NCBI GenBank assembly: GCA_000092065.1
Contig: CP000581.1
Direction: 5' to 3' (one strand)
Length of the DNA stretch: 64,000 bases
DNA from: Ostreococcus lucimarinus
Taxonomy: Eukaryota
Under the pieces are notes generated by a model that ran no database searches, was not told where the DNA came from, and worked only from the letters and a program-made list of their open reading frames with translations. Shown in pieces: positions 28,589-38,617 of the stretch (the first letter of the stretch is position 1; each line of letters begins with the position of its first letter). Both the position numbers and the translations under genes were made by a program.

Positions 28589-29179
28589 ATGCGCGCGCTC
28601 GTCGCGGCGGCGCTCGTCGCGGCGCTCGTCGCGCTCGCGGCGGCGCGCGGCGTCGCGAGCGCCGCGCCGCCGGCGACGATCGCGGCGTCGCGGGACGCGA
28701 TGGATTCGCTGCCGCGCGACGACGACGACGCCGCGCGACGACGGTTGCGATGCAACGCGTGCGCGGCGGCGTGCGACGCGCTCGTGCGCGATCTCGCGCG
28801 GGAGCGCGCGCGGAGGGGCGGGACGCTGACGCGCGCGCTTGCGGACGCGACGATGGAGGCGACGTGCGCGCGCGCGGGGGAAGAGCTCGGGTTGACGATG
28901 CGCGACGGGCGGGTCACGGAGACGTTCGCGGAGGACGACGGGACGGCGCGAGCGAGAGGGCGATGGATCACGGTGTACGCGCGGGAGGCGTGCGCGAGGC
29001 TGATCGATGGAGAACACGACGATGCGTTGATGACGTTCGGGAAGCGGGACGACGGCGGGGCGCGAATGGAGGCGAGGGAGGCGCTGTGTCACGCGAGAAC
29101 GGGGACGTGCGAGAGCGCGTCGGCGGCGCGCGCCGCGAACGAGTTGGAGGCGCGGGATCGGCGGGATCGCGAGCTTTAG
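28589..29179 (+). CDS. CNPY: Canopy/MSAP (DUF3456, saposin-like) family secreted protein with ER-retrieval-like C-terminus
   Basis: Signal peptide MRALVAAALVAALVALAAARG. The Cys pattern matches human CNPY2: RCNACAAACDALVRDLARE to HCGACRALVDELEWE, ATMEATCARAG to LEEICDRM, YAREACARLIDGEHDD to FACESIVEEYEDE, and LCHARTGTCE to LCSKRTDLCD. The C-terminus is RDREL (compare HDEL). It lies inside longer antisense/alt-frame track ORFs. Confidence 0.55.
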   Translation: MRALVAAALVAALVALAAARGVASAAPPATIAASRDAMDSLPRDDDDAARRRLRCNACAAACDALVRDLARERARRGGTLTRALADATMEATCARAGEELGLTMRDGRVTETFAEDDGTARARGRWITVYAREACARLIDGEHDDALMTFGKRDDGGARMEAREALCHARTGTCESASAARAANELEARDRRDREL

Positions 29180-29228
29180 CGAAGTAGTGTGGTGTGCATG
29201 CATCACGTGTATATTTCTAACGCTAGTA

Positions 29229-32200
29229 CTAGGAAATCGTGTGTTGCGTAGACGGATCCTCGTAGTCGCGGCTCGGTAAGACGCGAGGCGCCGGAATCGG
29301 CGAATCGTCCCACACTCGCGATCGTGATCGTAAAGGCACCAAGTCGTCCGATCGGTGCGTGTCTTGCGCGTTGTCGTCGTCCGTGCCCAATGAGATCATG
29401 GAATTGGACGTGAGTTGCGTGCGCGGATCTTCACCGATTGGGTTGTCCGCATCTTCGGCCACCGTGGGCTGTCGGGGTAGTTGCAACGACAAGCGACGAT
29501 TCGGCGAACGCGACGTCGCGTTCGCGACGCCAGACTCGATGTCGAACTCGATCGATCGTCGATCAGAGTCGATCGATCGTCGCGGCATCGTCGACTTTTG
29601 AGCGTTCAATCGGTTGTCTGGGCCGATGAAAATGGAGCGTTGTCGCGAAACCTTGTTCGACAAGCCTCGTAAAAATTCCCTCTTCTTTTGCGCCCTGAGC
29701 GAAGTTCTCGATTTACCAGAGGTCGGCGATTGCAAGAGCTTGTCGGTCGGGATGACGTAAATGAGCAAATCATTGACGCTCTCAAACGTGCAGTAACCAT
29801 CCCTGTCGGGCTCCACGGGAAGTGATTCAGATGCGGATTCGTCCACGGACATCTTCGCCGCGAGCGCGGCGAGATTTTGAGACGAGCCGCGCACGAGACC
29901 ATTTTTCCCGAATTTCAACGCCGACAAGCGCGACTCAAGCTTACTCTCAAGCGCGCTCGAAGCCGACGTTGTTGCGTTGGATAGCATGCCCGTCCGTTTG
30001 AAAGTCACGACGCACGGCGCTGGGATGTTGCCGCACGTATTGTTGTACAGAGATCCACGAAGCAAAATCACCACTTGTCTGTCGTCGTGCTCGAGTTTTG
30101 ATCCTTGCGAAATTTTCACGAGTTTACCCGCGCGTACGAGTTTATTCACGGGAAGATCCGGTAAGACGCTATCTAGTTCGCTGCGCAACACGGTCTCCGC
30201 CAACAAACCGAGCACCACTCGCCACATAAACTCGAGCGTTTCCGCCTCACGAAGATCGCCGCGTAGGCTGTCCAAAAGTGAGCGCGGAAGGACGAAACCA
30301 AACATAGTCGTCTGCGCCGTCGCACGAATACCACTACGATTTGGTTCTTCTTCATTCGCGTCATTTGCCAGCGCTTCGTACAAGGCCAAAGCCCACGCGT
30401 GCGGATGCGACTTACAGCCTGCCGTAATTTGTTGCGTCGCATCCGCCGCAGACTCGATGAGTACGACGCCGTTGCCGACAAGCATAATTCCGTCGTTCAA
30501 CTTGACATTGGGGTCGATGATGATGTCACCCACGTTAAACTCTACAACTTCTGCTTCTCGAAGGAAGTGTTTACGAATCTCTCGCGACTTGATGCCCACG
30601 CGTTGCGTGAAATCAAAGAGCGGAATCGCAGCGAGGATGCGGCCAGGTGACGTACGCGATGGTGGGAGCGGATGCATAATCAGCCTTTGAAGGTAGAGGT
30701 CGTGCTCGGCCTGTAACATTGATCCTTCCGATTCGTCCAGCAATCCCGTATGCGTCAAGAGTTTTGTTTCTTCCATCGTCACCTCCAGAATTTCACGCGC
30801 GAGTGCCTCGGATCTCAGCGAACGCGCCACAGCGTTGTGAGCGTGCTGCATCTCTTTCAGCATTTCAACGGCTTGGACGACCTCGGTATCCGACTCGAAG
30901 AGAACATCTCGCACATGATGTGACTTGATGGACGTTTCGTTTGCTAGATTTTCGCCGACACCAGCCTTTGTGAGTGTATAACTCTTTGCCAGCTCGGCGA
31001 CTTCCGATTGCGCTTCCTCCTTGGCTTGCTCTTCCTCTTCGTTTTTGCCTAGTAAAGATTTGAATTGCTCTGAAGTCAAGCGATGGGCACTAATTAGGGC
31101 ATGTAAACCTTGCATTTGACGTCTCGTGCCCATCCAGCCTTCTTCGACGAGCCTGAGGTAACGCAAGGTTTTGATGATTCGCATACCCCACGCTCGACGT
31201 TCAAACGCCTTGACGACGGCGCTCTTCACGCGGCTCTGCTTCATGAAGCGGTTGAACTCGTCGAACGTACACAATACGTTCGATTTTGACTTATCAGTTG
31301 CTCGCTCGCAGGCGATAAGCAACCCGTGAGCAACTTTTGCGTCAATCAAGTCGTCTTCAAGCATCGACCAGACTTCTTTACAGAGCCCGGCCAAGAAACG
31401 ATCACGCATCTCGTGCATGAGCTGAGCGTCCATTTTCGCGATCTCGTGCTTGAACTCGATTTCCGTTTCGTCTGTTTGTGTGCGAAGGAATGGCACGAGC
31501 TGCTTAACCGCCGTGAAGTCGGGCGCGCCGAGATACTGCGCACCAGTTTGGTCCAGCTTTTCGTCGTAGTGCGCGAGCGCGCGCTCGTGAATGGCTTTGC
31601 GAGCAGCCAATAACGTTCGGTCGTGACTAAGCCCGGGCGTAAGCAGGCCGACAATGCGAAGCATAGCTGCCGCAGAAGATGCATTGATTAACAGCGTCCC
31701 AATCACTGCGGCGGAAACCATTACGAGCGTCAATCCACGCTCTCGCTTTGTGAAATGCGCATCATCCTCCAACACGACGAGCGCGAGCGCCAAACCGACA
31801 GCGCCACGTAGACCGCTCCAAATGGCTATAAAGGTCTCACGCATGCTTAAGACGTGTCCTTTGTAGTAGTTCATCCACGGAAACAGCATCGCCGTGACGA
31901 CAAAACGAATTATGTTGAGGCACAAGTAGAGGAGAATACCCCACCCCAGGTCGCTGGCTTTGATGTCCAGTTCGCCGAGCAAAATATCTGCGACGATCAG
32001 AAAACCGGCAAGAATGAATACGATGGTGTTAGCCGCGTATGTTAGCACCTCCCAAAAGTGATGCATAGAGTGTTGTATGTTGCCCTTGAAAAACGTTCTG
32101 CCCTTGGCGCTCAGGTACCATCCGAGAACGACGACGGCAAGCACGCCGCTGCACTTGATGACGATTTCGGCGAGCATGAAAGAAATATAACCAGCAAAAA

Positions 32201-32972
32201 GAGTGATGGTAATATCTACTAAATGGTCTTTATGGGAATTTCGCAACCAAATCAAGCACAGTTCGCCGACGACGACGCCGGTGATGACTGATAAGATGGG
32301 TTGAGTGATTAAATCCTTCATCACATCTCCGAACGAGAGATGCTCGCCTTTTGCGATCGCCAAAAAAACGTTGAAGACGACGATGGCGGTACCATCATTC
32401 ACGAGCGACTCGCCTTCGATCAAATGTCCCAAAACTTTACTCGCCCCGACCTCCTTCAAGATGGCGACGACGGCGACGGGATCTGTCGCCGCCAAAATCG
32501 ACCCCACCATCATACAAAATGCCCAGCTAAAATCGAACGGAAACACGCGTAACACGCACCCAGTGAGCGCCATGCTCATCAACACTCCGGGCCCGGCCAA
32601 GATCAACACCTTGGGCAGCACCTTTTTCAGCGTGTGCCACTCCATCGAAAACGACGACTCAAAAATCAACGCAGGTAGGAAACACGCCAACAACACGTGC
32701 GGGTTGATCCCACCCCACGCGCTCAGCGACGCCTCTAACAGTCCCAAGTCTGCGTAGTAATACACCACCGCCATGACCATGCCGATGATGAACAGCACAA
32801 CCGTGTACGGTACCGACGTCCCGTGAAGCGCCGTCCTCGCCGCGCTGCCGACGGCTAGAGAGATGAATATGAACCACAGCGGTGCCGTCGCATCGTCGTG
32901 CGCTGCGGCGTTGACAGCCGTGGCGTTCGACGCCGCCGCGCTGAGCAGCGTGCGACCGACGCGAGGCGTCAT
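29229..32972 (-). CDS. Na+/H+ exchanger (CPA1/NHE) with long cytoplasmic tail containing cyclic-nucleotide-binding-like domain(s)
   Basis: 1247 aa, ATG at 32972. The N-terminal roughly 450 aa contain about 12 TM segments, with the NHE signature ATDPVAVVAILKEVGASKVL..LIEGESLVNDGTAIVVF. The tail has an S4-like basic stretch RAWGMRIIKTLRYLRL and CNBD-like segments AIPLFDFTQRVGIKSREIRKHFLREAEVVEFNVGDIIID...GIMLVGNGVVLIE and LVRAGKLVKISQGSKLEHDDRQVVILLRGSLY. Confidence 0.75.
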   Translation of the reverse strand: MTPRVGRTLLSAAASNATAVNAAAHDDATAPLWFIFISLAVGSAARTALHGTSVPYTVVLFIIGMVMAVVYYYADLGLLEASLSAWGGINPHVLLACFLPALIFESSFSMEWHTLKKVLPKVLILAGPGVLMSMALTGCVLRVFPFDFSWAFCMMVGSILAATDPVAVVAILKEVGASKVLGHLIEGESLVNDGTAIVVFNVFLAIAKGEHLSFGDVMKDLITQPILSVITGVVVGELCLIWLRNSHKDHLVDITITLFAGYISFMLAEIVIKCSGVLAVVVLGWYLSAKGRTFFKGNIQHSMHHFWEVLTYAANTIVFILAGFLIVADILLGELDIKASDLGWGILLYLCLNIIRFVVTAMLFPWMNYYKGHVLSMRETFIAIWSGLRGAVGLALALVVLEDDAHFTKRERGLTLVMVSAAVIGTLLINASSAAAMLRIVGLLTPGLSHDRTLLAARKAIHERALAHYDEKLDQTGAQYLGAPDFTAVKQLVPFLRTQTDETEIEFKHEIAKMDAQLMHEMRDRFLAGLCKEVWSMLEDDLIDAKVAHGLLIACERATDKSKSNVLCTFDEFNRFMKQSRVKSAVVKAFERRAWGMRIIKTLRYLRLVEEGWMGTRRQMQGLHALISAHRLTSEQFKSLLGKNEEEEQAKEEAQSEVAELAKSYTLTKAGVGENLANETSIKSHHVRDVLFESDTEVVQAVEMLKEMQHAHNAVARSLRSEALAREILEVTMEETKLLTHTGLLDESEGSMLQAEHDLYLQRLIMHPLPPSRTSPGRILAAIPLFDFTQRVGIKSREIRKHFLREAEVVEFNVGDIIIDPNVKLNDGIMLVGNGVVLIESAADATQQITAGCKSHPHAWALALYEALANDANEEEPNRSGIRATAQTTMFGFVLPRSLLDSLRGDLREAETLEFMWRVVLGLLAETVLRSELDSVLPDLPVNKLVRAGKLVKISQGSKLEHDDRQVVILLRGSLYNNTCGNIPAPCVVTFKRTGMLSNATTSASSALESKLESRLSALKFGKNGLVRGSSQNLAALAAKMSVDESASESLPVEPDRDGYCTFESVNDLLIYVIPTDKLLQSPTSGKSRTSLRAQKKREFLRGLSNKVSRQRSIFIGPDNRLNAQKSTMPRRSIDSDRRSIEFDIESGVANATSRSPNRRLSLQLPRQPTVAEDADNPIGEDPRTQLTSNSMISLGTDDDNAQDTHRSDDLVPLRSRSRVWDDSPIPAPRVLPSRDYEDPSTQHTIS

Positions 32973-32990
32973 CGCGCGCGGGGACGACGC

Positions 32991-33057
32991 GATTTCACGT
33001 CACGGCAACGTTTAGCAAGACAATGCCGTCACGTCACGTCACGGCACGTCACGCGTG
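32991..33057. promoter_or_regulatory. Cluster of tandem ACGTCA/TGACGT (CRE / as-1 / C-box-like) motifs immediately upstream of the NHE start codon
   Basis: Two stretches, tcacgtcacggc at 32995-33006 and ccgtcacgtcacgtcacggcacgtcacgcgtg at 33026-33057, give at least six GTCAC/ACGTCA half-sites 20-85 bp 5' of ATG 32972 on the transcribed strand. Confidence 0.35.
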
Positions 33058-33290
33058 AAAACAGCACGACGAACGAAGACGCGGCCGCGCGGCAACGCGA
33101 TCGCGCGGCCGCGCGCTCGAGCGGCGACGGCGAACGCCGCGAGCGCCGCGCGTGGTTTACGCTCGCGCGCGGACGTGTGCTGGAGGCGCGTCGTGACAAG
33201 GCGCGGTCACCTCGTCGGTTAAAGAAACCCGGGAGTCGTGAGGTTTGCACTCGTTGTTGAATTGAAGTGGTTGTATTACACGACGAAACA

Positions 33291-36216
33291 TCATTGAATG
33301 CGCGCACCAACGCGCGCACAGTACTCTGACAATGCCACTTGAACTTCCTGAGGGGTTTGGACGACGATGGATGCGATCGGGCGCTGAGAGGAGAATCGTG
33401 CCAGCGTCTCGGCGACGTGGCGCCTGACGTCGACGACATCCGGCACCGGATCCTTCTCCTTCACCGCACCTTGGGTGAGCTTGGAGTAAGACGCGGCGTA
33501 TCCGGCGTTGGCTTCAAGCTCTTCGAGTAAGGCGTCGTCGTCCTCGCCGACGGGTTCGTCGTCGTCGGGCTTGATGCACTGCTGGACGACGCCCGAGAGG
33601 AGCTTAGCAAAGGCTCCTGGACGATCGACCACGGGTGGGCACTCGGTGAGAAACTTAAGCGCAGCCACGCACGTGAGCTTACGCTCGGTCTTTCCCGTGA
33701 CACCAACGATATCCACCGCGACTACGTTTTCTAAAATCATGTCAAAGATGCCCTGCTGCACTTTGTTCATGCTATCCATCACGCTCGACGGACCGTGTTT
33801 GACGCACAACGCCGACGTGAACACGACCAAGCATCTGCTAAACTTGGGAGTGCGGCTAGTTTGTTGACGTTGAAACAGGATGCTCCAGATCGTGGGCAAA
33901 AATGGCGCCCACGCATCCAAGGCGAGAGATTCCACGAAAGAATTTAAAATGTAAAATCCTTGATGATCCTGCGCCTTGCTCGAGACAAGCTTTTGGAACA
34001 CGCCCAAGACACCTTGCAAGTGACCGCTGGCGACAATGGCTTGCGAATTCTTGGTGAGGTAAGCTTTGAGCAAGCGCACGAGCGGGGTGACGTTCGCGCG
34101 CCGGTCCCACATGAGCGGAGTCAGTAGAGCGGGAAAGATGGCCATGTACGACTCGGGGAGCGTCGCGCCCGCCGGATAACTCTCAATCATCTGCGCCAAC
34201 AACTGGAAGACGTATGGAGTGAACTCCACGACGTCGGCCGTCAACACGTGTTGATAGGCCGGAAAGAGCAACTGCTCAAACTGACCCATGAGCGCGGCTT
34301 CGTTGCTGACGTTTTTGACCAACGATGCTACGGACTCGAACAAATAATGCGCAAAGGTTGGGTTTCTAGGATTCTTGCACAGCTCGAGCAACATCCCACT
34401 CAACTGCTGCAAACAAATCGTCGCCACAGGTTTGACGTCTGCGCCGCTAAACGCGACGACGCGCATGACGCACTTCATCACATATTCATTTTCCGCGCTA
34501 TCGGGAATGGTGAACGCGTGGAACATGTTGGTGTAGAGTTGCTGACTCAAAGGCGCGATGTCGCCCGAGACGTATCTCGGCACGCCCGGACCGTCGCGAA
34601 CGGTGAGCAGACGTTCAAAGCAATTTGCCGCGTAGGAGTGCACGACGTTTTCATCTGTCGCGAGCAACTGCACAATCGCCGGTAGCAACGGCCCAGCGAT
34701 CGTCTTGGGGATCTGTTGTCGAAACATCGTCAAAAACTTGAGTGCGTCGGCGCGCACAACGGCGTGCGACGCGCCCTTCGCTGCCTGCAGCTCGGGCGCG
34801 ATGTGTTGATTGAAAAAGTCAATAATGTTGACTAAATCGTTCGTCTCCGTCGCACCTTTCACGAGCGACTTCGAGCGCACCGTCAAAGCCATGACCAAAT
34901 AAATTGCAGCGTCTTTCGCCTTCCAAAACTTCTTCGGGTCCGCGGAGTACTGCGCCAACAATGAGCTGACGTAGCCAGTGACTGCGCTTGTGACGTGCTC
35001 GGGAAATTTCGCCGTGAGCGCCTTGACGAGCTCGCACGCGCCTCGACGACGCGTATCTGCGTCACTGCCCTCCAGATCCCGTCGGATGTATTCCACGTGA
35101 TTATCGTTGAATAACTCTTCGTCTTCATCTCGAAACTGCAAGTTTGGAATGATGATGTTTTCGCACACTTGACGAAGCGTGTCGGGCGACTCGAACAATT
35201 TGTGATGCACGCTACTCGCCACTGTGGTGAGAAACTTCACACCCGACGTCACTAAATGATCCCGATTCGTCGCCAGGTCCGTGGACATGAGAAGTGTCCA
35301 CACATCTTGGACGAACTGTTGCAAGTAAGGCGCAAACTCTTCCTCATTTTTCTCGATGTAGAGGTTGATATTGTCGCACACCGCCGCCTTGAGTTGGTCA
35401 GCCTCGCTCGCTTTATCGTCATCCGTACTCGCCAATCCGGGCGGAGCTTGGTACGTCAAGAACTTGTGAAACACGCCCATCCACCCCGCCATGGCATCTT
35501 CGAAAACTTCGGGCAACTCCTGGCTATTCAAACTATAGAAGACTCTGCAAATCAACCGCAAGCACTGCAACAACTGACGCGTGAGCTCAACATTCGCCCC
35601 GCTCGCGTCTAACGCCGCGCTCACCTCCAGCGTCAGCTCAAGCAACGGCTTCGAAAACGTATCCAACACATACTTGAGCTCTTTATACAGCTCCTCTGTC
35701 TTCATCGCTCCGCGGTATCGCTTGAATATCGCGTTCGCCGTCGTCAACACGCCCGCCACGTCCCGAAAGTCCCTGTTCCCCGCGCTTCCGAGTCTCTGCA
35801 CCAGCTCCGGAAGTAATCCTTCCCATCGTTCGGGGAAATCGACCGCACATATTATGCTCAACGCTTCGCTCAACTGCGCCGACACCAGCTTGGGCGCGCG
35901 CAGCATCAGCCCCACGATGGCGCCTCGGCAGCGCGTCTTTTCGCCCTCGCTCGTCCCCACCGGTTTCACCGCCCCCACCTCATCCGGTTCGCTCGGGTCC
36001 CAGTTCTTCTTCACCATGTTCTTAAACGTCACCGCCGCGCTCTGTCGCGTCATCGCATCGACGTGGTCGCTCGCCGCGAGCTCCAGGACGCGCAAAAGGA
36101 ATCCATCTTGGATCGATCTCGAGCGCAGAAACTCTTCAGCGCTCGCGCGTTGCGACGCGTCAGCGCTGAGCGACGCCTGCAGCGCCGCGACGAGGGCTGA
36201 TGTGTCGTCGGACATC
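33291..36216 (-). CDS. CSE1: Exportin-2 / CSE1 (CAS) importin-alpha re-exporter
   Basis: The N-terminal importin-beta N domain and CSE1 blocks align with yeast Cse1: LQASLSADASQRASAEEFLRSRSIQDGFLLRVLELAAS...AAVTFKNMVKKNW...VDFPERWEGLLPELVQRL...VLTTANAIFKRYRGAMKTEELYKELKYVLDTF. The track start is TTG at 36233; the true ATG (MSDDTSALVAAL) is at 36216. Confidence 0.85.
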
Positions 36217-36468
36217 GATCCAGCGGACGCCAACGCGAAGCGGCGAGGACTCGACGCGAAGCGCGTGAAACTGAGGAGGAAGAGCGCAGCGGCGGCTCAA
36301 CGCGCGTTCGAACGCGCGTGACGCAAGACGCGAGACGGGTGCGGGCGCGTGCGTGGCAAATGATGATGAATGCATTAAATCGAGAATGTGTGTTTAATGT
36401 GTGTTTAAGAAATGTTTGCGCGTGTGTGATAAAGAATATGTTGAAGGCTGAGCGCGAAAGGCGTCGCC

Positions 36469-38394
36469 TCAGCTCGGTCCCATCGAGATTGGAACACCTT
36501 GCGAGGAAGCCTTGGAGCCAAGTTTTTCCTTCATGGTGTCCGTGGTCGAGCCCGGGGCGTCTTTGTAGTTGCCTAAAAACCTTGAGCGGAGTTCGCGGAA
36601 CATGGCGTCAGCCCTGTTGCCGCTCGTAGCGATGCCATCCTTCGTGCGCGAGACGCCGTCGAGCATGTCGTCGATGGACACCAATTGTCTACCGTCGCGT
36701 ACGCTCAATAATGCGGCTTCGTTGGCGACGTTGGCGAGCTCGGCGCCGGTGAAGCCTGGTGTGGCGCGAGAAATAACGTCGCACACAACGTCGACGTCTT
36801 CCTCGAGATCCAAACCGCGCAAGTGCACTGACAAGATTTGCGCTCTCCCTTGCTGCGTTGGCGGGCCGACAAACACGCGTCGCGTCAAACGACCGGGACG
36901 CAACAGCGCCGGATCGAGCGCGTCCGGTCGGTTCGTCGCAGCTAAAATCAAAATTCCACTGTCCTTGGCGAATCCGTCCATCTCTACCAGCAATTGATTG
37001 AGCGTTTGGTCGCGTTCTTCGTTCAGACCCGCGCCTCGCCGCGATCCGACGGCGTCGAGTTCGTCGATGAAAATAATCGCAGGTCTGGCCTTTCGCGCCT
37101 CGGCAAACAGCTCGCGAACGCGCGCCGCACCGCGGCCGACGAACAGTTCGACAAACTCGGACGCGGCGACGGGGAAAAACGCAACGCCGGATTCGCCCGC
37201 CACCGCGCGAGCGAGTAGCGTCTTACCCGTCCCCGGCGGTCCGACCAAAAGGCACCCCGTGGGAAGTCTGCCGCGAACGTTCTTGTACTTTTCGGCGTTC
37301 TTCATGATTTGCACCAATTCAAAAAGTTCGGCCTTTGCCTCTTGCACGCCCGCCACGTCGGCGAACGTCACCTTGTCGGCTTCGTCTGTGCGCGCAGCCT
37401 TTTTCCGCTTTTTATCGCCCGCACCGCTCTGTCTGTTGATGGCGTTCCGCATGATGATCATGAGCGGAATGATAGGCAACCACATCGCGAGCACGGTGAA
37501 CATACCGCGGGACGCCAATCTCGACACCGCCGCGGGAACCGCGCCGAATTCCACCCCCGCGGCTTCGAGCTTCTTCATCAGCTCTGCGTCGCCGACCAAT
37601 CGTTTCGTCTGCAGCGTTCTCGCACGCCCAACCGCCGCATTCGGCTTCAAATCGTACAACAATCGCGTCGACCCTTCCTCAAATCGCACCGTCGATATCT
37701 TCTTGCCCTTTAAATCCTTCAAAAACGAACTGTACATCGTCGTCGGCACCACCGGCGCCGCCGCCTTCTTCGCGTTGTGTCCCCTTATCGCCATCCCCGC
37801 CCCGACCGTCGCCGCCATCACCAACCCCAGCCTCCCCAGGCGCGTTCTCGCGCTCATCGCGATCGCTCGCGCCGGCGTCGCGATCACCAACCACACCAGC
37901 ACCGCGAACGCGCGTCGCGCCACCAGCCCGAGCAGCAGCGTTCGCGTCGCCACCCAGCGCCACGCCGAGAACGGTTTCCGCTCCACCGGCCCGAGATCAT
38001 CCGACGCCGCGCTCGCGCTCGCGCTCGCGTCATCCTCCCCACTCGCGCGTTCCGTCGCGCCGCCGTCGCCGCCATCGCGCGCCGCCGTCGCCGTCTTCGT
38101 CACCGCGTCCCGCTCGACGTCATTGCCTTCGCGCGCGTTATCCACCCCCTGCGGCGTCGACACCGCGCGCGCGCGGCTCTCGAGCCCCCGCGCGAGCGCG
38201 CCGTTCGCACCCGCATCGCTCGCGCGCGCTCGCGCGCCGAGCGCGGCGCTCGCGACGCCCCGGCGGTCCCGCGAACGCGTCGCGCGCGACGCCGACGTCG
38301 TCGTCGCGAATCCTCGCGCGCGGACGACGCCGCGCGGCGCGCTCGCGCGCGCGCGCGCGGCGCGCATCGCGGGCGACGGCATCGTCGTCGTCAT
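36469..38394 (-). CDS. FtsH-like AAA+ ATPase with FtsH N-terminal membrane topology but lacking the M41 peptidase domain
   Basis: A/R/T-rich presequence, two TM segments flanking an extracytoplasmic domain, then the AAA module GVQEAKAELFELVQIMKNAEKYKNVRGRLPTGCLLVGPPGTGKTLLARAVAGESGVAFF...IIFIDELDAVGSRRG...ATNRPDALDPALLRPGRLTRRV. The ORF stops about 90 aa after the AAA lid, where FtsH would begin its HEXXH protease domain. No downstream coding space remains before the CSE1 start. Confidence 0.7.
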   Translation of the reverse strand: MTTTMPSPAMRAARARASAPRGVVRARGFATTTSASRATRSRDRRGVASAALGARARASDAGANGALARGLESRARAVSTPQGVDNAREGNDVERDAVTKTATAARDGGDGGATERASGEDDASASASAASDDLGPVERKPFSAWRWVATRTLLLGLVARRAFAVLVWLVIATPARAIAMSARTRLGRLGLVMAATVGAGMAIRGHNAKKAAAPVVPTTMYSSFLKDLKGKKISTVRFEEGSTRLLYDLKPNAAVGRARTLQTKRLVGDAELMKKLEAAGVEFGAVPAAVSRLASRGMFTVLAMWLPIIPLMIIMRNAINRQSGAGDKKRKKAARTDEADKVTFADVAGVQEAKAELFELVQIMKNAEKYKNVRGRLPTGCLLVGPPGTGKTLLARAVAGESGVAFFPVAASEFVELFVGRGAARVRELFAEARKARPAIIFIDELDAVGSRRGAGLNEERDQTLNQLLVEMDGFAKDSGILILAATNRPDALDPALLRPGRLTRRVFVGPPTQQGRAQILSVHLRGLDLEEDVDVVCDVISRATPGFTGAELANVANEAALLSVRDGRQLVSIDDMLDGVSRTKDGIATSGNRADAMFRELRSRFLGNYKDAPGSTTDTMKEKLGSKASSQGVPISMGPS

Positions 38395-38617
38395 CGCGCG
38401 CGTCGACCGTCGCGTCGCGCGCGCGCGTCGAACACTGGCGCCGTCGGCGGGCGACTCGTCTCCTCAGTCAGCGACGCGCGGCGACGCGCGGCGACGACCT
38501 CGACGCGCGGCGCGCGCGAGCGGCGCGAGCGCCGTTCGAAGACGTCGGCGCGCGCGCGCCGCCGCGACGTCGCGGCGGCGCGGGACGCGCGCACCGCGCG
38601 AAGAGCCGCGCGACGTC

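Noticed and set aside
27622-29206. Overlapping R-rich ORFs 27622..29187(+), 27956..29206(-) and the 5' extension of the ABC1K ORF to 28971
   Set aside because: These are multi-frame ghost ORFs over a CGCG-rich promoter. Only the Canopy-like frame (28589..29179) and the ABC1K domain-containing frame show conserved motifs.
36998-38617. 5' 540 codons of the 1704-aa plus-strand ORF 36998..42112
   Set aside because: This part is R/A/S-rich low complexity and exactly antisense to the FtsH-like gene. The conserved desulfurase domain begins only after ATG 38618.
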